A stretch of DNA of 24,338 bases from Candidatus Sericytochromatia bacterium (lineage in GTDB: Bacteria; Cyanobacteriota; Sericytochromatia; S15B-MN24; UBA4093), in the NCBI GenBank assembly GCA_036676495.1, contig JAKFCT010000039.1, positions 1 to 24,338 on the forward strand, written 5' to 3'. Of this stretch, positions 17,950-24,338 are shown one piece after another; position 1 is the first letter of the stretch, and every line of letters starts with the position of its first letter. The notes under the pieces are model-generated. The model saw nothing but the letters and a program-made list of their open reading frames with translations, was not told where the DNA came from and did not search any database. The position numbers and the translations under genes are program-made.

Positions 17950-19155
17950 TCACGAGGGCTCGTCGCGCGAGCCCTCGGGAGGCTCCGCGCTCTGGAAGAC
18001 GGGCTGGGGCTCCGCGACCGTGAGCGCCAGGTAGAGCGCGAGCAGGCCGCATGTGAGCAGGAAGAGGGAGAGCGCGAGGAAGCCGAAGGCGAAGCTGCCG
18101 GTGATGTCCAGGAGCACGCCGAGGACCAGCGGCGGGAAGAACCCACCCAGGCCCCCGAAGGCGCCCACCAGCCCCGTCACGGTCCCCGTCTCCGTGGGGT
18201 AGTACTCGGGAACGAGCTTGAAGACGGCCCCGTTCCCGAGCCCCAGCAGCAAGGCCAGACTCAAGGCTCCGACGGTGAAGGTCTCGAAGCGCTCGGGAAT
18301 GAGCAGCAAGGCGGAGATGACGCCCAGCAGGAAGACGCCCACCAGGATTTGCGCCCCCCCGAAGCGATCGGCGAGCCAGCCCCCCACGGGCCTAGCCAGG
18401 GTGGCCACCAGGACGAAGCCGGCCGTGCGAAGGCCCGCATCGGCCAGCGTGAGGTCGTAGCGGGTGGTGAGCAAGGTCGGTAGGTAGACGGACATGGCCA
18501 CGAAGCCGCCGAAGGTCCCGAAGTAGAAGAGGCTGAAGAGCCAGGCCTTTCGCGACCGCCCGAGCACGCCCACCATCTCCCCGAGGGATTTCTGCATGCC
18601 GGGACCGGCATCACGGGCCGTCGCCCAGAAGAGCAGCCCCCAGAGCAGGCAGATGCCGCCGAAGATCCAGAAAACGGGCTTCCAGGACCCCAGCGCGACG
18701 GCGAGCAGCGGAGCGAAGAAGACGGCGAAGCTCTGCCCGATGTTTCCCGCCCCGAAGACGCCCAGGGCCGTCCCCTGCTTGGAGGGGGGGAACCACTTGC
18801 TGGTGAAGGCCACCCCCACCGCGAAGCTGGATCCGGCGACCCCCAGCAGGAAGCCCCAGATCAGGATGGCCGCATAGCTGTTGCTCAGGGCGATGCCCGC
18901 CGCCGGCACGGCGGCGACGATCAAGAGCGCGCTCATCACCGCGCGGCCACCGAAGCGATCGGCCAGGATCCCCATGACGATGCGCCCCATCGAGCCGAGC
19001 AGGACCGGAATCGAGACCATCAAGGCCACCTGGGTCTGGCTGAGGCCCAGCTCGTCCTTGAGAACCGGCGCCAAGGCTCCCAGCAAGCCCCAGAGCGCGA
19101 AGCTGATGGCGAAGGCTGCCGTGGCGAGCAAGAGCTGCACGTTGGGCTGCTTCAC
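17950..19155 (-). CDS. narK: NarK/NasA-family nitrate/nitrite MFS transporter
   Basis: 12-TM MFS with nitrate signature motifs GAGNIG and GLGNGAVFKLVP, both conserved intramembrane Arg (GRIVMG, LARPVGG), and GGLGGFFPP. GTG start with AAAGGAG RBS. Confidence 0.92.
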   Translation of the reverse strand: MKQPNVQLLLATAAFAISFALWGLLGALAPVLKDELGLSQTQVALMVSIPVLLGSMGRIVMGILADRFGGRAVMSALLIVAAVPAAGIALSNSYAAILIWGFLLGVAGSSFAVGVAFTSKWFPPSKQGTALGVFGAGNIGQSFAVFFAPLLAVALGSWKPVFWIFGGICLLWGLLFWATARDAGPGMQKSLGEMVGVLGRSRKAWLFSLFYFGTFGGFVAMSVYLPTLLTTRYDLTLADAGLRTAGFVLVATLARPVGGWLADRFGGAQILVGVFLLGVISALLLIPERFETFTVGALSLALLLGLGNGAVFKLVPEYYPTETGTVTGLVGAFGGLGGFFPPLVLGVLLDITGSFAFGFLALSLFLLTCGLLALYLALTVAEPQPVFQSAEPPEGSRDEPS

Positions 19156-19213
19156 GGCCCGCTCCTTTCCGTTGACCCGCTAGCTCGGTCGCGACGGCAG
19201 GGGCATCAACGAC

Positions 19214-19244
19214 GATAGTGGCGACGCGACGCGTCACCACTATC
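19214..19244. promoter_or_regulatory. Near-perfect inverted repeat upstream of narK
   Basis: GATAGTGGCGACGCG-A-CGCGTCACCACTATC: 15-bp arms with one mismatch, which is a G-U pair in the minus-strand RNA. Confidence 0.5.
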
Positions 19245-19307
19245 ATTCGGAACGGTGGGGAGAGCAACGGCCGAAACGCCGTCCCCGGTTGTGGAGGATG
19301 TCGGGAT

Positions 19308-20579
19308 CTAGGCCAACACAGGCTCGGCCTGCGCCTTCGGCAGCGCGATCTGGTGCTCCCGGCTGAACTGGTAGTCCCAGAAGACATGCTCGGCGCTCGG
19401 CAGGTGGTAACGGCCCGGAGCCTCGAGGACGGTCGTCTCCTTGAGGCGGTAGACGTAATGGCCACAGGTGTAGACCCGGAAGGCGTTCATGTGCGTGCAG
19501 AGGCAGACCCGGTCCGTCACCGGCATCTTGCGGCCCGTCACGGGATCGTCGGGAGTCTCGTGGTACGCGTCCAGGTACTTGCAGTGCCCTTCCCCGTCCA
19601 GGATGAAGCCCAGCGTCTCGCAATTCGGCTTGATGTTCGAGCCGAGGGCGGGAGAGGACTTCAGCATGCGCATGGGGTAGCCGGTCGGAGACTGCGTGTT
19701 CACCTCGACGTCGTCGAGGCCGGCGCCCAGGTAGACCTGCTTCACGTGATCCGGCAAGCCGCATTCCTGGGTGATCGTGAAGCGGGTGGCGACCTGGACG
19801 GCCGCGGCCCCGCGCGCGAGGTAGTTGGCGGCGTCCGTCCCGGTGAAGATCCCGCCCGCGGGAATGACCGGAATGGAGAGGCCCTCCTTGGCAAGCATGT
19901 CGAGAACTTCCTGGACGATGGTCGGGAGATCGGCCTTCTTCCAGTCGTCAGCGCCAAAGCCAAGGTGGCCGCCGGCCAGGGGGCCCTCCACGACGACGTA
20001 ATCGGGCATGCGCTCGACGCGCTTGGCGCGGCGCAAGAAGAGGGCGAGCGCCCGCGCGGAGGAGACGATGATCCCGAGCTGCGCGTCCCGGAAGCGGGGA
20101 TGATCGGCGATCAGCTCGAAGGATCCGAGGTGCAAGCCCGCGCTCAGGGTGATCCCGTCGATCCCGGCGTCCAGGGCGGCCTCCAGGCGGACCTTGAGGG
20201 TCTCGCGGGGGGCGTTCATGGTCAGCTTCTCCATGACGTTGACGTAGACGGCCCCGGGTCCGCGCTTGGCGTCCATGGTCTTCGAGACGTGGAGCATGGT
20301 GGCCTCGCGCAACTCCCCGAGGTCGAACGGGACGTCACGCCGGGTAGGCTCGGGCGCCGTGCCCCGGTTACGGGCGCTGCGGTTCTTGAGGTAGTTGGTC
20401 TTGTAGAGGCGATCGGTCACCGCCATGGTCATGGCATCGGAGATATGGCCGATCCCGCCCAGCCGAGCCGCTTCGAGCGCCAGCCGGGAGTTCGAGATGT
20501 CCACTCCCATGCCGCCAATCATCAGGGGTACGTATTGTTTGCCACCAAGCTGGAGGCGGTAATCGTCGACGCAAGTCAT
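19308..20579 (-). CDS. Nitronate monooxygenase/FabK/FabX-family FMN enzyme with Cys-rich C-terminus
   Basis: IGGMGVDIS, VEGPLAGGHLGF, PVIPAGGI, GAAAVQVATRF, SPTGYP; ATG 20579 follows a GGAG RBS. Confidence 0.85.
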   Translation of the reverse strand: MTCVDDYRLQLGGKQYVPLMIGGMGVDISNSRLALEAARLGGIGHISDAMTMAVTDRLYKTNYLKNRSARNRGTAPEPTRRDVPFDLGELREATMLHVSKTMDAKRGPGAVYVNVMEKLTMNAPRETLKVRLEAALDAGIDGITLSAGLHLGSFELIADHPRFRDAQLGIIVSSARALALFLRRAKRVERMPDYVVVEGPLAGGHLGFGADDWKKADLPTIVQEVLDMLAKEGLSIPVIPAGGIFTGTDAANYLARGAAAVQVATRFTITQECGLPDHVKQVYLGAGLDDVEVNTQSPTGYPMRMLKSSPALGSNIKPNCETLGFILDGEGHCKYLDAYHETPDDPVTGRKMPVTDRVCLCTHMNAFRVYTCGHYVYRLKETTVLEAPGRYHLPSAEHVFWDYQFSREHQIALPKAQAEPVLA

Positions 20580-20808
20580 CTGCTTCTCCGTTTCGTTCGG
20601 GCACTCCCTCCATCGTACGGGTCGCAGGTCATAACCGCCTCCGCGTTCTGTCATGGAACGGTCACGGTTTGGTAGTCTTTTCGCCGCCCACCCAGCCTGC
20701 CGCGCCCCTCCCTCGAAGCAGCCGTCAGCATGCGGGTTTTCGCCTTTCCGTGATCCGGTCGCGCCGCGGCCGCGGCTCCATGGACGGAGGGGCCGGAGTC
20801 GCAGGGGG

Positions 20809-21222
20809 TCAGCGCCAGGTTTCCGAGCCGGGAGAGGCCCCAGGAACCCGAGGGCGCGCGGATTTCACCAGGAGCGCCGCCTCCACCGCCCGCAGCGCTG
20901 CCCGGCAGATTGCCAGCGGAGCGGTTTCGCCGCAGGCCTCGGCCTCGCCGCCCTGCGCATGGGCCAACGTGGCCCGCCAGGATCCTTCGCGGCCGCTCGG
21001 ATTGCCGCTCACGCTCACCGTCAATCCCGCCCGGAGGGCATGTGCGAGCACGCGCCAGGCGAAGGCGATCTCCGCCGACACCGGCCAGAGGGCCGCGTAC
21101 TCCTGAGTGCCGCAGCGGTACGGCGCCTCGTCAAAGGCCCGGATGCCACGCTTCCAATCGAAGACGTGGTGAAGGACGAGCCAGTCGAGTTCCTCACCGG
21201 CTTCCAGCGTGTCGATATCCAT
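20809..21222 (-). CDS. Phage ABA-sandwich (BC1872-like) domain protein
   Basis: AGEELDWLV..VFDW ... SAEIAFAWRV ... GETAPLAICRAAL pattern; ATG 21222 with GGGAG RBS (alternative start 21252). Confidence 0.65.
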   Translation of the reverse strand: MDIDTLEAGEELDWLVLHHVFDWKRGIRAFDEAPYRCGTQEYAALWPVSAEIAFAWRVLAHALRAGLTVSVSGNPSGREGSWRATLAHAQGGEAEACGETAPLAICRAALRAVEAALLVKSARPRVPGASPGSETWR

Positions 21223-21255
21223 GGAGCTCCCCGCGTTTCCGTTGATCGCCATGAC

Positions 21256-21289
21256 CGAAGCCGGTAGGGGAATCCCCCTACCGGCTTCG
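21256..21289 (-). terminator. Hairpin downstream of the lipoprotein gene, probable terminator
   Basis: CGAAGCCGGTAGGGG-AATC-CCCCTACCGGCTTCG, a 15-bp perfect stem 12 nt past the stop codon; no U tract. Confidence 0.65.
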
Positions 21290-21301
21290 CATGGACTTGG
21301 G

Positions 21302-22153
21302 TTACTTCACCGAGACAGTGACGGTGACGGCGTCCGCCTTGACCGTGGACGTGAGGGTGAAGTCATAGGTGGCCTTCGCGCCGATCACGAGGGGGAAGAC
21401 CTTGGTCTCGACGACTTCGAGACGCTTGGTGAAAATGCCGCGCTCTTCCTTGAACTCGGCCTTGATCTCGCCGGTCAGGGAAGCATTCGCGCTGTTGTAG
21501 ACGGTGCCCTTCGATTCGAAGCGCCCGGTGTCCAGCTTCTTCTCGGTCAAGTTGTAAAGGCCGAGGCTGCCGGCGAGCGGGTTGGGCGAAGGCGAAGCGG
21601 ACGGGGTGGGCGAGGGAGCGATCGAAGGCTCGGCAATGGGCTTGACGACGACGTCGCCATCGATCAGGTCGAAGTCGATGTAAAGGTTGCCGTTGGGGTT
21701 GGTGATCTCGGTGGCCACGAGCTTGATGGAAAGCTGGACGACCGCGGTCTTGCCGGCCTCGACGTTCACCGTGGCGGTCTTGGAACCGATGGTGGTACCG
21801 GTGGCATCCTTGGCGACGCTCTTGACGGTGTAGGCGCCCGGGGGAAGCTCGGTGAACTTGACGCGCTTATCGGCGGGCAGGGTAGTCTTGCCGAAGGTCT
21901 GGACGCGGGGGCCGCTGAGCACGGGCGAGGTGACCTCGAACTCGAGCAAAGCGACGTCGGCCGCGGTGGCCTGGGCCTGGAAGCCCGAGGAGGCGAGGTT
22001 GAGCTCGATCCCGCCCTTCATGGCGATGGGGCTGATGACGACGTCTTGGCGGTTATCGGCGAGGGCGCTGCCCGGAAGGTTCTGAACACCGCAGCCGGCG
22101 GCCGCGAGAAGGGTCAAGGGAAGAAGGAGGCTGAGAGCCGGGGTGATCCGCAT
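21302..22153 (-). CDS. Lipoprotein with two beta-rich (Ig/carboxypeptidase-regulatory-like) domains joined by a Pro/Ser linker
   Basis: Signal peptide with lipobox AAGC; FTELPPGAYTVKSVA...VEAGKTAVV motif; PSPTPSASPSP linker; AGGAG RBS; AT-rich upstream region. Confidence 0.75.
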   Translation of the reverse strand: MRITPALSLLLPLTLLAAAGCGVQNLPGSALADNRQDVVISPIAMKGGIELNLASSGFQAQATAADVALLEFEVTSPVLSGPRVQTFGKTTLPADKRVKFTELPPGAYTVKSVAKDATGTTIGSKTATVNVEAGKTAVVQLSIKLVATEITNPNGNLYIDFDLIDGDVVVKPIAEPSIAPSPTPSASPSPNPLAGSLGLYNLTEKKLDTGRFESKGTVYNSANASLTGEIKAEFKEERGIFTKRLEVVETKVFPLVIGAKATYDFTLTSTVKADAVTVTVSVK

Positions 22154-22277
22154 GGAAGTCTCCTACTGATTAACAGTCATTTAATAATGGAATAATCCAA
22201 TACTAATATCGTTAACCCGAGGCTAAACCTTGCGTGGCATGGCGAAGTTTTTTGAAAGCGTTCGACGGCAAAAGGGA

Positions 22278-24014
22278 TCACCCCCCTACCTTGTGTAGGT
22301 AGGCTTTGGGCTTCAGCGCTTCGGACGGCGACGAGGCGATCTTCTCGCTGAGCGCGACGACGGCCTGCGCCAAGGTGGGTTGAACCGCCCAGTCGGGGAT
22401 CGTCTCCGGGATGATGTTCAGCTTGCGCAGCACGCCTTCCGGCTCCGAAGGCAAGCCCGAAAGCATGATCGTCACCCCCTTCTCCCCCATCTTCTTGACG
22501 AACTCCTGGAGGGTGAAAGCACCGGTCTGATCGATCAAGGGCACGCGCGGCATCCGGAAGATGACGGCCTTGACGTCGGTGAGGTCCTCCTCCAGCGAGA
22601 CGAAGAAGGCTTCGCTGGTCCCGAAGAAGACCGGCCCTTCGGCGTGGACGACCCGAATGCTCTCGGCGAGGGCTCGCGCCTCCGGGCTTTCGGTCTCGAC
22701 CATGGACGCCAGCGTCCCGCTCGAGGTGATCTCCCGATTGCTGAGGTTCTTCAGGAAGAGTAGGCAAGCCACCAGGAAGCCCATTTGCACGGCCGTGATC
22801 AGGTCGACGAAGACCGTCAGCACGAGGACGACCATCAGCACGATCCGGTCGGCTCTGGGGGACTGCTTCATGAGCCGCAAGCCCTGGTAATCGATAATCG
22901 AGATGCCGACCGTCACGAGGATGCCCGCCAACACCGCCAGGGGAATCTGCGAGGCGTACCGGGACAGTCCCAGGAGGACGGCCAGCAGAAGGGCACTGTG
23001 AATGATACCCGAGAGGGCCGTCTTGCCCCCGCTCTTGATGTTGAGCAAGGTTCGCATGGTGGCGCCGGCTCCAGGCAAGCCACCGAAAGCTCCCGAGACC
23101 ATGTTCCCCATGCCCTGGCCGACCAATTCCTTGTTGCTGTGATGCTTCGTGCCCGTGACGTTATCCACGACGACCGAACCGAGCAAACTATCCAGAGATC
23201 CCAGGATCGCCAGGGTCAGCGCCGCCAGCAGAATTTGCGAGAGGACCTCGGCCGACGGCAAGACGAGGTGAAGCTGCGGCAAGCCTGAGGGCAATTCCCC
23301 GATGGTCGGCACCTGGAGCCCGAGGAGCTGCGAGACGGCCGTCATGACGATCAGCGCCACCAAGGTACTTGGGATGGCCTTCGAGATCCGGGGGAAAAGA
23401 TAGATCACGGCGATGGTGCTGAGTCCCAGCATCAAGGCCATGGCATCGACATGGGACCAGGAGTCGAAGAGGCCCGCAAGGGCGTTTAGCGGGCGAGAGA
23501 CGGACGGCTGCCCGAGAAGCGGCTGAATCTGCAGCAGCAGGATGATGACGCCGATGCCGGACATGAAGCCGGAAACAACGGTTCTCGGGACATAGCGAAT
23601 ATAGTGGCCAAGGCCGAGCAAGCCAAAGACGATCTGGATCATCCCACCGAGCAAGACAGCCATGAAGAGGTGCGCAGGCTGGGCGCCTGTCGCCAGAAAC
23701 GCCGTGGCAACGACGGTCATGGGACCGGTCGGACCGCTGATTTGGGGCGCGGTCCCGCCGAAAAGCGCCGCCATGAAGCCGAGCAAGATGGCGCTGTAAA
23801 GGCCCGCCTTCGCCCCTTCTTCCATCCCGGTGGCGACGCCGAAGGCCAGGGCCAGGGGAATCGCCACGACCCCGGTCGTGAGCCCCCCGAAGATATCGCC
23901 TCGCAAATTGGCCGTGTGGAGGGGATTGGGCCGGAAGAGTTCGAGGAACCGATACGTCTCCAGCTGTCGCCGCAGGCGCTGTGCCCAGGTGGAGAAATTC
24001 TGCAAGGCTAGCAT
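22278..24014 (-). CDS. SulP/SLC26 anion transporter with STAS domain, BicA-like
   Basis: NLRGDIFGGLT...PLALAFGVA, ISGPTGPMTVV, ELVGQGMGN, GAGATMRT, STAS motif GPVFFG...IDQTG; ATG 24014 with AAAGGA upstream. Confidence 0.93.
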   Translation of the reverse strand: MLALQNFSTWAQRLRRQLETYRFLELFRPNPLHTANLRGDIFGGLTTGVVAIPLALAFGVATGMEEGAKAGLYSAILLGFMAALFGGTAPQISGPTGPMTVVATAFLATGAQPAHLFMAVLLGGMIQIVFGLLGLGHYIRYVPRTVVSGFMSGIGVIILLLQIQPLLGQPSVSRPLNALAGLFDSWSHVDAMALMLGLSTIAVIYLFPRISKAIPSTLVALIVMTAVSQLLGLQVPTIGELPSGLPQLHLVLPSAEVLSQILLAALTLAILGSLDSLLGSVVVDNVTGTKHHSNKELVGQGMGNMVSGAFGGLPGAGATMRTLLNIKSGGKTALSGIIHSALLLAVLLGLSRYASQIPLAVLAGILVTVGISIIDYQGLRLMKQSPRADRIVLMVVLVLTVFVDLITAVQMGFLVACLLFLKNLSNREITSSGTLASMVETESPEARALAESIRVVHAEGPVFFGTSEAFFVSLEEDLTDVKAVIFRMPRVPLIDQTGAFTLQEFVKKMGEKGVTIMLSGLPSEPEGVLRKLNIIPETIPDWAVQPTLAQAVVALSEKIASSPSEALKPKAYLHKVGG

Positions 24015-24143
24015 GATTGAACACGTCCTTTTCGCATGGACGCGCACGTGATCACGGCGCGAGGGCGCGCGGCACTTCCGTAGGAAGGACGCTGGCAATC
24101 GGTTCAGCGCCCGACATCGGGGCTGAGAGCGGATCTGGTATCC

Positions 24144-24172
24144 ATCGTGCAAGGAACCCGGGGTCCCGTCAA
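24144..24172 (-). promoter_or_regulatory. Putative sigma70 promoter for the SulP gene
   Basis: Minus strand TTGACG (24172-24167), 17-nt spacer, CACGAT (24149-24144). Confidence 0.4.
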
Positions 24173-24223
24173 CCCAAGCTCGGCTGGTCAACGCTGGCGG
24201 TCAGCGGGCCTGCCGGCGGAGAC

Positions 24224-24291
24224 AAAAAAAGAGAGGCGCCTCGACCCGTTTCCCTGCGGACCAAGGCCCAGGCAGGTGGGGAGACGCCTCT
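24224..24291 (-). terminator. Rho-independent terminator, minus strand, upstream of SulP
   Basis: AGAGGCGTCTC...GAGGCGCCTCT basal stem (one G-U) with internal pairing, followed by C and a run of 7 T; probably ends a gene lying mostly beyond the window. Confidence 0.75.
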
Positions 24292-24338
24292 GCGAGTATT
24301 CTGGCGGCGGGCTATTTTCTCACCAAGTCACCCTGGCA

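Noticed and set aside
24292-24338. Possible riboswitch aptamer ahead of the minus-strand terminator
   Set aside because: Truncated by the window edge; it contains stop codons consistent with the end of an upstream gene, and I cannot match it to a known family.

Overview
A high-GC bacterial chromosomal window with no mobile elements, rRNA, tRNA or CRISPR. Several proteins (GatC, the NuoK and NuoL tails, Pyk, a BicA-like SulP) look cyanobacterial but there are no photosynthesis genes, so a non-photosynthetic relative such as Sericytochromatia is an unverified guess. In order: the 3' end of tuf with its terminator; a tightly packed run encoding a beta-propeller lipoprotein, complex I membrane-arm homologues (NuoJ, NuoK, a 96-aa NuoL C-terminal fragment, NuoM, NuoN), gatC and a HI0933-family flavoprotein; PRC-barrel and YihY genes; rqcP-eno-pyk; mobA divergent from a five-gene molybdoenzyme operon (NarI-like membrane protein, NasA/NapA-like catalytic subunit, 4x[4Fe-4S] protein, Rieske protein with a twin-arginine-like motif, small membrane protein) that converges on narK; a nitronate monooxygenase/FabX-like flavoprotein; a phage ABA-sandwich-like protein; a second lipoprotein; and a SulP-STAS transporter. 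Two candidates stand out. (1) The J-K-miniL-M-N module is intact but appears to have lost nearly all conserved proton-translocating Glu/Lys residues, and its NuoL is reduced to the clamp helix. (2) The Nas-type nitrate reductase appears wired to a membrane cytochrome b, a ferredoxin and a Rieske protein. All family assignments come from motifs recognised by eye, not from database searches.
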